Of a stretch of DNA of 64,000 nt, positions 8,816 through 18,033 are shown in pieces. This DNA comes from Thermoplasmata archaeon (lineage in GTDB: Archaea > Thermoplasmatota > E2 > DHVEG-1): NCBI GenBank assembly GCA_020054475.1, contig JAHWGJ010000001.1, positions 122,434 through 186,433 on the forward strand, given 5' to 3'. The first letter of the stretch is position 1; every line of letters starts with the position of its first letter. The notes under the pieces are model-generated. The model ran no database searches and was not told the origin of the DNA. It worked only from the letters and a program-made list of their open reading frames with translations. Both the position numbers and the translations under genes were made by a program.

Positions 8816-9574
8816 ATGAAAATGGATGATAATATAGACTGGAATATCTTTTTTGATATCCATAAAGATCTCCCACGTCAGGGTTGCGGTAGAGATAAAT
8901 ACACTGAAAAAGCATTCAATATGATACCACCTATAATAAATCCTAACATACTAGACATTGGATGTGGCCCAGGTTTACAGACTATTCATCTTGCAAAGAT
9001 AAGTTCTGGAAAAATTATAGGTATCGATATACATCAACCATTCCTTGATCAATTAAATAAACTTGTTAAGAAGGAAAAACTAATAAAAAAAATTTCAACA
9101 ATCAATAAATCAATGTTTAATATGGATTTTCAAAAGAATTTTTTTGGTATAATATGGGCAGAAGGATCTATATTTATTATAGGTTTTGAAAGGGGGTTAA
9201 AAGAATGGAAAAAATACTTGAAACCTAAAGTATTCTTAGCTGTTCATGAGATGACATGGCTTAAGCATAATCCTCCAAAGGCAATTAGAGATTATTGGAA
9301 TGATGTATATCCTGATATTAATACTATTGAATATAATTTAGAAATAGTTAGCAAATGTGGCTATAATCTAATTGATTATTTTCCATTACCGGAGGATGCT
9401 TGGTGGAAGTTTTATTATAATCCACTGGAAGAACGCCTACAGAAAATGAGGATTAAATATATAAATATCAAAAATGCATTTGATTTAATCGAATCAGAGC
9501 AAAAAGAAATAGATTTGTATAGAAAAAACTATAAGTGGTATGGATCTGTTTTTTTTATTATGCAAAAAATCTGA
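8816..9574 (+). CDS. Class I SAM-dependent methyltransferase
   Basis: Motif I ILDIGCGPGLQTIHLA, followed by GIDI and IIWAEGSIF. Confidence 0.75.
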   Translation: MKMDDNIDWNIFFDIHKDLPRQGCGRDKYTEKAFNMIPPIINPNILDIGCGPGLQTIHLAKISSGKIIGIDIHQPFLDQLNKLVKKEKLIKKISTINKSMFNMDFQKNFFGIIWAEGSIFIIGFERGLKEWKKYLKPKVFLAVHEMTWLKHNPPKAIRDYWNDVYPDINTIEYNLEIVSKCGYNLIDYFPLPEDAWWKFYYNPLEERLQKMRIKYINIKNAFDLIESEQKEIDLYRKNYKWYGSVFFIMQKI

Positions 9575-9812
9575 AAAAGCATTCAAAATAAATATGATAT
9601 ATTTTAGAAATAATTATTATCAAAGATAAAATCGAATATTATATGGATTAAAATTTAAATAATTTCTACCTCTTATACTATATCAATGATTTTTTAATAA
9701 ATATTCTTTCCATATCTAACAAATTTTAGTATTAAAGTAAGTTTCTTAAATCAGATATCAATAATTATTAAATAATAGTGTATAATATCATTATTCAAAG
9801 GAATTAGTAATA

Positions 9813-9953
9813 ATGTATAAAGAAAATAGAGAAATGCATAAGGTTACTTGTGCAGAATGTGGTAATGAAACAGAAGTACCTTTTAAACCAGATGGGACTC
9901 GTCCTGTATATTGTAGGGATTGCTACCGTAAACGGAAGCCTCGTAGATTTTAG
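9813..9953 (+). CDS. CxxC-x17-CxxC zinc-ribbon mini-protein (46 aa), copy 1 of 3
   Basis: Hand translation MYKENREMHKVTCAECGNETEVPFKPDGTRPVYCRDCYRKRKPRRF, with exactly 17 residues between the two CxxC pairs. Below the ORF-track cutoff. Close paralogs at 30557..30706 (-) and 60391..60531 (+). Confidence 0.75.
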   Translation: MYKENREMHKVTCAECGNETEVPFKPDGTRPVYCRDCYRKRKPRRF

Positions 9954-10117
9954 ATTTATTCTTTAAATTCTACATAATTTAAAATTAATTTAAAATCTAT
10001 TTTTTTATATTAACATAAATGTTAGATTATATCATAGAAACTGAATAATTTGCTAAATTTTATTTTCAATTTTTGCAGATGTTAATTTTATCTGATTTCA
10101 TCAAATTTATTAATAAA

Positions 10118-10137
10118 ATAACATTTGTTTCAATAAT
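10118..10137 (+). repeat. 20-nt intergenic motif ATAACATTTGTTTCAATAAT, copy 1
   Basis: Identical 20-mer at 29498..29517. A 13-nt core TAACATTTGTTTC also occurs inverted at 30973..30986. Confidence 0.6.
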
Positions 10138-10204
10138 AAATTAAAAAAACGGAGATATTATTATATGATAAAAATGATATTCGTAATCATATTATGGAAT
10201 TACT

Positions 10205-12436
10205 ATGTCGATTAGTTCTAATAATAAAAAAATGGATGTTCCAGATTCTTTTGAAAAGGTCAATGACCGAGAAAAAATATTTGAAAGATTAGATTTTTTA
10301 TCTAGTGAAATAGCAGATGTATTTATGCAGGTTTCTTTAACAGGTAAAATTTTGTACATATCTGAATCTTGTGAAACATTAACTGGATTTAAACCTAAAG
10401 ATGTTGTAGGAAAAAGATTTACTTTATTTGCTCCAAAAAAAGAATGGCCCAAATATTTTAAAAAATTAAAGTTAATGATAGAAGGCGAAATTGTTACAAA
10501 TTTTGATACATATGTTTTAAAAAAAGATGGTAGTATTTTACAAGTTGAATTTTCAGGATATAGTTCAAAAAAAGGAAGATATTTTAATGCTATTATGAGG
10601 GATGTATCTAAAAGAAAAAATATTGATAATAGATATAAATTACTTTTCGAACATTCGGAATGTCCAATAACGTATCTTGATTTATCCGGTAATATATTAT
10701 TGATAAATGATTATGGTGCACGTAATTTACAATTAAAAAAAGATAAATTAATTGGGCAATCCATATTTGATTTATTACCTGATTTTGCTGAAGAACAAAA
10801 AAAAAGATTTGATGAAATAATCAAATCTGGAAAAGGTTTATTGAAAGAGGATATGATTAAATTACCTGATAATACATTCAAATGGTTTTATTCAAATTCA
10901 CAACCTATTAAAGATGAGAAAAATAATATTATTGGTATTCAAATTGTTTCAATTGATATAACAGATCTGAAAAATACTGCGAATCAATTAAAGGAAAGTG
11001 AAGAAAAATTTAGAGCATTATCTGAAAAATCACCCAATATGATTTTCATAAATAGGAAGGGAAAATTAGTTTTAGTAAATAATAAATGCGTCGATATAAT
11101 GGGTTATTCAAAAAAAGAATTTCTTTCAAATGATTTTGATTTTATGAACCTGATTGCACCTGAATCAAAAAAAGAAATTCGAGAATCCTTTAAGAAACAT
11201 CTGAGTGGAATAGAAATTCCCCCTTGCGAATATAAAATTATTACGAAAAACAAAAAAAAAATTGAAGTCATAATAAATACAAAATTAATGGATTTTGAAA
11301 AAGAAAAATCAATATTAGGAATAATAACTGATGTTACTGAATTAAAAAAAATTGAAAAAGAAAAGAAGGAAACAGGAGATTATCTTCAAAATATTATTGA
11401 TAATACTTCAGAGATTATAATAACTGTAGATAAAGAATTTTCAATTAATACTTGGAATAAAACAGCTGAAAAAATTATTGGATATAGAAGAAAAGATGTT
11501 AAAAATAAAAAAATCCATAAAATTGACTTATTTGAATTTAACAGTGAAATTCGAAATTTTGTTGAAAATATTTTAAATAAAAAACCTGTTATCTTAAATG
11601 AGATAAACATAAAAACAGCATTTGGCCATTACATTACACTTTCAGTATCATATTCAATTATTACCGATCAATTTGATAATATTAAAGAGATTATTTTTAT
11701 TTGCAAAGATATTACATATGAAATAGGATATAAGAAAAAAGTATTATCCGGACATTCTTACATCATTGATAATACCGATAATAAAACTTCGTTAAGATTA
11801 TTTCATGAATTAATTAAGGATAAAAAAGGTATCTATATAGGTAGAAATATTGATGAAAAACTATTAAATCATGAAATAAAAAAAGAAATCATAATATATG
11901 AACTATCAGAGAACATTAATAATGAATTACCAATTGTAAATAATTTAAATGATTTGATTAAAATAATTGAAAAAAATGTTTATAAAAATGAGAGAATAAT
12001 ATTGTTTGATCGGATTGATTATCTTATTATAACATATACTTTTGAAGAAGTACTTAAATTTCTATATATAATTAATGATATAATTAAAAAATATAAGTCA
12101 ATCTTGATAATAAGAATAAATTCAGATTTTTTAAATGAAAAACAATTATCAATACTCGATGAAGAATTTGAAAAAATACCTTCTAAAAGTATATCTGATG
12201 TAATTATTGATGATGAATTATTAGATATAATAAAATATATTGATAATGAAAATACTATGAATATAAACGTTACATATGGAAATATAGGTAAAATATTTAA
12301 TATTTCAAAAGTCACTGTTAAAAAAAGAATTGAAACCTTAATAAAAAAACAATTAATATATTCAAGAAAAATCGGAAAAACAAAACTTTTATATCTAACT
12401 GATGAAGGAAGAAATTTAATTTCAAAGAAAAATTGA
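10205..12436 (+). CDS. Multi-PAS sensor with DUF835-like domain and C-terminal winged HTH
   Basis: About four PAS-like units. Then SGHSYIIDN...GIYIGRN...ILFDRIDYLIITYTFEEVLKFLYIINDIIKKYKSILIIRINSDFLNEKQLSILDEEFEKI (DUF835 pattern). Then GNIGKIFNISKVTVKKRIETLIKKQLIYSRKIGKTKLLYLTDEGRNLI (HTH). Confidence 0.65.
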   Translation: MSISSNNKKMDVPDSFEKVNDREKIFERLDFLSSEIADVFMQVSLTGKILYISESCETLTGFKPKDVVGKRFTLFAPKKEWPKYFKKLKLMIEGEIVTNFDTYVLKKDGSILQVEFSGYSSKKGRYFNAIMRDVSKRKNIDNRYKLLFEHSECPITYLDLSGNILLINDYGARNLQLKKDKLIGQSIFDLLPDFAEEQKKRFDEIIKSGKGLLKEDMIKLPDNTFKWFYSNSQPIKDEKNNIIGIQIVSIDITDLKNTANQLKESEEKFRALSEKSPNMIFINRKGKLVLVNNKCVDIMGYSKKEFLSNDFDFMNLIAPESKKEIRESFKKHLSGIEIPPCEYKIITKNKKKIEVIINTKLMDFEKEKSILGIITDVTELKKIEKEKKETGDYLQNIIDNTSEIIITVDKEFSINTWNKTAEKIIGYRRKDVKNKKIHKIDLFEFNSEIRNFVENILNKKPVILNEINIKTAFGHYITLSVSYSIITDQFDNIKEIIFICKDITYEIGYKKKVLSGHSYIIDNTDNKTSLRLFHELIKDKKGIYIGRNIDEKLLNHEIKKEIIIYELSENINNELPIVNNLNDLIKIIEKNVYKNERIILFDRIDYLIITYTFEEVLKFLYIINDIIKKYKSILIIRINSDFLNEKQLSILDEEFEKIPSKSISDVIIDDELLDIIKYIDNENTMNINVTYGNIGKIFNISKVTVKKRIETLIKKQLIYSRKIGKTKLLYLTDEGRNLISKKN

Positions 12437-12516
12437 TATATGATTATACAATCCAATGAGTTTTTAAATAATGATTTAATTATGAATAAAAAAGGTTTAA
12501 TTTTAAGTGATAATCT

Positions 12517-12834
12517 ATGACATATTGTTCAAAATGTGGAAATAAAAATGAGGGAGACGCTAAATATTGCTCAAATTGTGGTGCCTCTTTATTAGAAATA
12601 AAATATGAGAGTTACAAAGATGATGATTGCGTATGTGAAGGTAATAATAGAAATCCTCTTGTTCCAATATTTTGGGGAATAACTGTTATTTTAATTGGAC
12701 TATGGATTATGTTTCAATTTGTATTACCAAACAATTTTTTATCATCTCTTCAAGATTTTAGTTTTTGTGGATTAATATTTCTAATTATTGCATTAGCTAT
12801 AATATTAACCGGTATTAGGATAATGACAAAATAA
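12517..12834 (+). CDS. Zinc-ribbon membrane protein
   Basis: YCSKCGNKNEGDAKYCSNCG double CxxC at the N-terminus, then two TM helices. Confidence 0.5.
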   Translation: MTYCSKCGNKNEGDAKYCSNCGASLLEIKYESYKDDDCVCEGNNRNPLVPIFWGITVILIGLWIMFQFVLPNNFLSSLQDFSFCGLIFLIIALAIILTGIRIMTK

Positions 12835-12864
12835 AAAAAAGAAAGGCGAATTTTAATTATTAAT

Positions 12865-13110
12865 TTATTTCTTTTCTACTCCGCCCCATTTAGATATATA
12901 CAATATTCCTAAAACACAGACTATTGTAATTATTATACCTGATATGATTGCAATTATTGCACCCATTCCGTCAGATATATCATTTATCGTTAATCCCGCC
13001 AATGCAAATAATCCAACTATTATTTCCTTCCAGATTAACGCAATGATGAAACCAAATGCTGCAGCAATAGCTGTAGATATGGTGATTTTAACTTCACTTA
13101 GTTTAACCAT
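12865..13110 (-). CDS. Small membrane protein (81 aa)
   Basis: Two TM helices. SD GGAGG lies 10 nt before the ATG. ORF 12944..13177 (+) is a shadow. Confidence 0.45.
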   Translation of the reverse strand: MVKLSEVKITISTAIAAAFGFIIALIWKEIIVGLFALAGLTINDISDGMGAIIAIISGIIITIVCVLGILYISKWGGVEKK

Positions 13111-13241
13111 CTTATTAATTCCTCCATTAAAAAAGAAATTGTTTTTTTGTTATAAATTTTTTGTTTTTATTTTATAACTAAAACAATTTATTATTAGATA
13201 TATTTATTTTCATATATCATGGAATTTTTCCAATTCATAAT

Positions 13242-13646
13242 TTAATCTTTCTTTACCAGTATTCTTACAATAATAGATAATATTAAACCAATTCCACCTA
13301 TTGAAAAATAGCTACCAAGAGTTAAACTTCCTTCAAATATCGCTACTATTATTGAGAAAATTAAACCTATTAATCCTAGTCCAGAACCTAACATTATTAA
13401 GAATTTGCCAGAAGTGATTTTATTTTTACCTATTAATATTCCACCAATTATAACAGATATGCCTCCAAGTGATGCAATAAATATTAGAATTGCAAAAATA
13501 ATTTCAATAAAATAATTCTCAATTACATATGTTTTAACAAAATCTTGAATTGTTTCCCATGTAGCCACTCCACTTATACCGGATATTAATAAAAGTAAAC
13601 CCGCTATAATAGCAATAACCATAATGCCATTATTATTTTTAGTCAT
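13242..13646 (-). CDS. Membrane protein (134 aa, about 4 TM)
   Basis: Hydrophobic, Gly-rich helices. SD AGGTGGA lies 6 nt before the ATG. Confidence 0.45.
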   Translation of the reverse strand: MTKNNNGIMVIAIIAGLLLLISGISGVATWETIQDFVKTYVIENYFIEIIFAILIFIASLGGISVIIGGILIGKNKITSGKFLIMLGSGLGLIGLIFSIIVAIFEGSLTLGSYFSIGGIGLILSIIVRILVKKD

Positions 13647-13770
13647 TCAAAATCCACCTAACCTCTAGCGGATATAAATATTTACATACGATTTAATTTT
13701 TATCATAACACTAAATACCATGATAATATTTATCAAAAATTAAACAATAAGATTTATAAGATAATCTCAT

Positions 13771-15042
13771 TTGACTATGTTTGAGGGTATTATGGTTGTT
13801 AATATTGAAAGATTATTCTCACATAGAGCAAAAATGTTAAAAGCATCTCAGATAAGAGAATTATTAAAAATAACTCAACTACCAGATATGATATCTTTTG
13901 CGGGAGGTCTACCAAGCCCATTGGCATTCCCCATTGATATAATACATAATTGTATAGATAATGTATTTAAAGATGGAATTTACAACGCTTTACAATATGG
14001 TACGACCGAAGGATTACCGCAATTAAGAGGTGTCCTTGCTGAAAGAATGAGAAAAAAACAAAACATTAATTGTCAATTACATGACATTCTTATTACTAGC
14101 GGAGCTCAACAAGCTCTTTTTTTAAGTGCACTCTGTTTTTTAGACCCTGGGGATACTTATCTATCTAGCGTTCCAACTTATCTAGGTGCAGTACAAGCCT
14201 TTAGTGCTTTTGAATCAAATTGTGAATCAATTCCAATGACTGAAGACGATATTGATATTGATTGTCTTAGAAGAAATCTTAATCGTCTTCATAGAACAGG
14301 AATAAATCCAAAATTTCTTTACACTGTTTCAAATTTTCAAAATCCATCAGGGGAAACTGTATCATTAAAAAACAGGAAAGAATTATTAGATCTTGCTTCA
14401 GAATATGACTTCCTAATTATTGAAGATGACCCATATGGCGAATTAATATTCGAAGGTGAATCAATTCCAACAATAAAATCATTTGATAAAAAAGGTAGGG
14501 TCATATATATTAGCACTTTTTCAAAAATATTAGCACCTGGTTTTAGATTAGGTTGGACTATTGCTTCAAAGGATATTTTAGATAGATTAATTCTCTCAAA
14601 ACAAGCTGCCGATTTATGTACAAACATATTTGGCCAATATGTTGCTTATGAATATATTAAAGGAGGCTATTTAGATAAACAGGTTGAAAAAATAAAAAAA
14701 TTATACAAAACAAAAAGAGATATCATGATAGAATCATTAAAAAAATATTTCCCAAAGGAGGCGAAATGGATTATACCTGAAGGAGGTATGTTTATTTGGA
14801 TAACTCTCCCTAAAAAAATTAATACAAATCAATTATTACAAAAAGCAATAGCGAAAAAAGTTGCATATGTCGCGGGAGATGCATTTTATCATGATGGTGG
14901 TAACTATAATTCAATGAGATTAAATTTTTCGTATTCGGATAATAATCAAATCGCTGAAGGTATTAAACGTTTAGGAAATGTTATAAAAGAAGAATTAAAA
15001 AGATCATATAACGATGAACCCTTTTTACAAGAGGGGGTATAA
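13771..15042 (+). CDS. PLP-dependent aminotransferase, class I/II (LysN/ARO8-like)
   Basis: SFAGGLPSP, TSGAQQAL, YISTFSKILAPGFRLGW (PLP lysine), RLNFS. The start is ambiguous: TTG 13771, ATG 13777 or ATG 13792. Confidence 0.8.
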   Translation: MTMFEGIMVVNIERLFSHRAKMLKASQIRELLKITQLPDMISFAGGLPSPLAFPIDIIHNCIDNVFKDGIYNALQYGTTEGLPQLRGVLAERMRKKQNINCQLHDILITSGAQQALFLSALCFLDPGDTYLSSVPTYLGAVQAFSAFESNCESIPMTEDDIDIDCLRRNLNRLHRTGINPKFLYTVSNFQNPSGETVSLKNRKELLDLASEYDFLIIEDDPYGELIFEGESIPTIKSFDKKGRVIYISTFSKILAPGFRLGWTIASKDILDRLILSKQAADLCTNIFGQYVAYEYIKGGYLDKQVEKIKKLYKTKRDIMIESLKKYFPKEAKWIIPEGGMFIWITLPKKINTNQLLQKAIAKKVAYVAGDAFYHDGGNYNSMRLNFSYSDNNQIAEGIKRLGNVIKEELKRSYNDEPFLQEGV

Positions 15043-15221
15043 AAAAAGAATTATTCATAATCAGTTACAAAAATGATGGGGATATCATTTGGAATTGTTT
15101 TTTTCTTATCATCCCCATTATAAGGTTCATTATCAATATTCATTATAATAAATATTTGAAATTTTAATTATATAAATATTTCGATTGGATTAAAAAATAA
15201 AATAAACCAATTATAACATTT

Positions 15222-16400
15222 ATGCCAAAAATGAAAAAATCTGATTGGTTTAAAAATTCAATAATATATCATGTTTTAATTGATAGATTTGCTGGATTCA
15301 AATCAATAAAAGATTGGGATAATCCAAAATTTCTAGGAGGAAATGTAAGGGGAATAATTAACAAACTTGATTATTTAAAAAATCTTGGGATTAATACTAT
15401 TTGGATTTCTCCATTTTATGAAACTACTGAGTACCATGGGTATCATATAACAGATTTTTTTAGAGTTGATTCACATTTTGGAGATGAAGAGGATATCAAG
15501 GAACTAATAAAATCAGCACATGAGATGAAGTTAAAAATTATTGCAGATTTTGTACCAAATCATTGTTCAAGAAAACATCCGTTTTTTATCGATGCTCAAA
15601 AAAACCGAAATAGTAATTTTAAAAATTGGTTTTATTTTAATAAATGGCCTAATGAATATCTCAGTTTTTTAAGTATTAAGGAGATACCTAAATTAAATTT
15701 AGATAACATAGAAACTAGGGATTATATAATAAATGCTGCTAAATATTGGTTAAATTTTGGATTCGATGGTTTTAGACTTGATCATGTTATTGGGTCTTCT
15801 ATGAGTTTTTGGAATAAATTTAATAATGAAATAAAAAAACAATATCCAACTACTGTATTAATTGGAGAAGCATGGATGAAAGGAATAAAATTCAAAGAGC
15901 TTAAAACAATAAAGATTCCTTATAAATTCATCAAATGGCTAAAAAGTTCATCATCAGATAATATTCTTAAAGAGTATGTAGATGTTTTCGATGGGGCATT
16001 AGATTTCAAATTTCAGGAATTAATCAGATTATTAGTTGCTTACAATCAAATTTCTTATAAAAAATATAGTAAATATCTTGAGGAACATTATTTAAAATTC
16101 CCTCAAAATTTTTATCTTCCAAATTTTTTAGATAACCATGATATGAATAGATTTTTATTTGAATGTAATAATAATAAAAATAAACTTAAAAAAGCCGCAG
16201 AATATCAATTTATGGTTAATCAACCCGTCATAATCTATTATGGTACTGAAATTGGTTTAACTCAGAATAAATCAATTTGGAATGTAGAATCACATGGGGA
16301 TCTTCAAACTCGAATGCCTATGATTTGGAGCGATTATGATAAAAATTTATTAAATTTTTATAAGGATCTGATTCAAAAAAAGATAAATAAATCATTATAA
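15222..16400 (+). CDS. GH13 alpha-amylase family glycoside hydrolase, cytoplasmic
   Basis: GH13 regions DFVPNHCS, GFRLDHV, LIGEAW and FLDNHDMNRF. No signal peptide. Confidence 0.85.
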   Translation: MPKMKKSDWFKNSIIYHVLIDRFAGFKSIKDWDNPKFLGGNVRGIINKLDYLKNLGINTIWISPFYETTEYHGYHITDFFRVDSHFGDEEDIKELIKSAHEMKLKIIADFVPNHCSRKHPFFIDAQKNRNSNFKNWFYFNKWPNEYLSFLSIKEIPKLNLDNIETRDYIINAAKYWLNFGFDGFRLDHVIGSSMSFWNKFNNEIKKQYPTTVLIGEAWMKGIKFKELKTIKIPYKFIKWLKSSSSDNILKEYVDVFDGALDFKFQELIRLLVAYNQISYKKYSKYLEEHYLKFPQNFYLPNFLDNHDMNRFLFECNNNKNKLKKAAEYQFMVNQPVIIYYGTEIGLTQNKSIWNVESHGDLQTRMPMIWSDYDKNLLNFYKDLIQKKINKSL

Positions 16401-17792
16401 TATTTCTTTTAATATTGTTCTTATAAACAAAAATAAATTCATATTTTTTAGATTCATATTATTAAAATCATAGTTTAATTTCTTTAATATTGGCATAGAT
16501 ATAGATAATGGATCTGACCAAACACTTTCTCCACCGTAGATATCCTTTGCTTTTACTTTTACAGCATAGCTACCTTTATCCCTCCAATTATGAGATGCTG
16601 TCACGGTTTGTCCTGAGTTAAATGGCCCAATCCATTCCATTCGCGTTCCATCATCCCAATCAAACATATAAAAAATTGGTTCTCCGTTTGGTTCAGTTGT
16701 TGAAGATGAATAACTATAGGATATACTAGGTCTCCCTGTTGTTGGTCCGCTTGGTCTATTTGGTTTATTGGGAGGACTATTTGTATATATTGATGTTTTG
16801 AAATGCCATAATGGACTAATGGATGATTTTCCATAGCTATCCCAAGTGACGATTCTCCAATAATATGTTATTGTAGTTTCCATTTGCTCTGGTTCATAAT
16901 AATTTATTGTTTGATTACTAATTATTTTAATTGGATTTTGATCTGTTCCAAAATAGACATCATATGTTACATTATCACCGTCAGGATCCCCGCCAGTCCA
17001 ACTTAAAATTGCATCAATATATATATTTGTTGATTCGTTTTCTGGGATTATATTATAAGGTATAATTGGTGGAGGGTTTTCCTTTGTTGTAAAAGTCCAA
17101 ATAGGGCCAGAGCTAGAATAATTATAGGCATCCCAAGAATCTATTCTCCAATAATATTGTGTATTATACTCAAGAATACCTGGCGAATAAGATGAATTCT
17201 CATAACTCGAAATAATATTAGGGGGATTAGAATTTGCACCAAAATATACATCATATGTAACGTTATCGCCATCTGGATCTCCACCAGTCCAACTTATATT
17301 TGAAAAAATTTCAACGTCAATAGATTCATTTGCAGGAGATGGATTACTAGGAATAAATGGAGGAGTATCATCTTTTGTTGTAAAAGTCCAAATAGGACCC
17401 GTTGTAGCAGCATTTAAATCATCATATGAATCTATTCTCCAATAATATTGAGTATTATACTTAAGTAAGCCAGGATCATATTCATTTAGTGGATATACGT
17501 TTTCTACATTTGGAGGATTAGAATTTGTTCCAAAAAATACATTGTAAGTAACAGTATCTCCTGGATCGGGATCACCCCCAGTCCAACTAAGATTTATTAT
17601 TAAATTGTTATTTAATGAATTATCAATTGGGTTAGGATTGCTTGCAGGATATGGGGGATCATTAAGATTTTCTGATTTCTTTAAATTTAATTGAAATATA
17701 TCTTTAGTTGATATCTCCTTTGATTGAATAGTAATAAAGTTAATCGATAATAGAATTAAAAAAATAATAATAACTTGAATAAATTTCTTCAT
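16395..17792 (-). CDS. Secreted protein: three tandem ~96-aa beta-sandwich repeats plus a C-terminal PKD-like module
   Basis: Signal peptide MKKFIQVIIIFLILLSINFITIQS. Three copies of (LSWTGGDPDGDNVTYDVYFG...YNTQYYWRIDSWD...GPIWTFTTK). Then NSPPNKPNRPSGP...FDWDDGT...KAKDIYGGESVWSDPLSISMP. SD GGAG lies 8 nt before the ATG. Confidence 0.6.
   Translation of the reverse strand: MKKFIQVIIIFLILLSINFITIQSKEISTKDIFQLNLKKSENLNDPPYPASNPNPIDNSLNNNLIINLSWTGGDPDPGDTVTYNVFFGTNSNPPNVENVYPLNEYDPGLLKYNTQYYWRIDSYDDLNAATTGPIWTFTTKDDTPPFIPSNPSPANESIDVEIFSNISWTGGDPDGDNVTYDVYFGANSNPPNIISSYENSSYSPGILEYNTQYYWRIDSWDAYNYSSSGPIWTFTTKENPPPIIPYNIIPENESTNIYIDAILSWTGGDPDGDNVTYDVYFGTDQNPIKIISNQTINYYEPEQMETTITYYWRIVTWDSYGKSSISPLWHFKTSIYTNSPPNKPNRPSGPTTGRPSISYSYSSSTTEPNGEPIFYMFDWDDGTRMEWIGPFNSGQTVTASHNWRDKGSYAVKVKAKDIYGGESVWSDPLSISMPILKKLNYDFNNMNLKNMNLFLFIRTILKEIL
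16791..17657 (-). repeat. Three in-frame tandem coding repeats (~290 nt each) inside 16395..17792
   Basis: Protein repeats at aa 46-142, 143-239 and 240-334 share WTGGDPD.GD.VTY.V.FG and T.YYWRI motifs. Confidence 0.7.
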
Positions 17793-18033
17793 TAGAATTA
17801 CTCCATTTGATACTAATATAAAAAATAGTATTTAAAATATTGTATAATATATTAAACATTTATAATACAATTGAAGGAGATACATCATAAAACAGTTAAA
17901 TTAGATATATCGATTTATTGCTTTTTCATTAAAATCCCCGCTATATTTAACAATTGTTATTTATAAATACTTATGTATTAAAAAAGTTGCTGAATGCCCC
18001 ACTGCATATAATAAGGATTCAAATCTCAATAAT

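Noticed and set aside
10011-10024. Palindromes built on TAACA/TGTTA half-sites: TAACATAAATGTTA (10011..10024), TAACAATTGTTA (17948..17959), TAACATTATGTTA (21185..21197) and ATGTTAACAT (31234..31243). There are also many TTAACATTT words in spacers.
   Set aside because: The spacing between half-sites differs at every site (4, 2 and 3 nt, and one overlapping). The half-site is a pure AT-rich word expected many times by chance. This is not convincing as a single operator.
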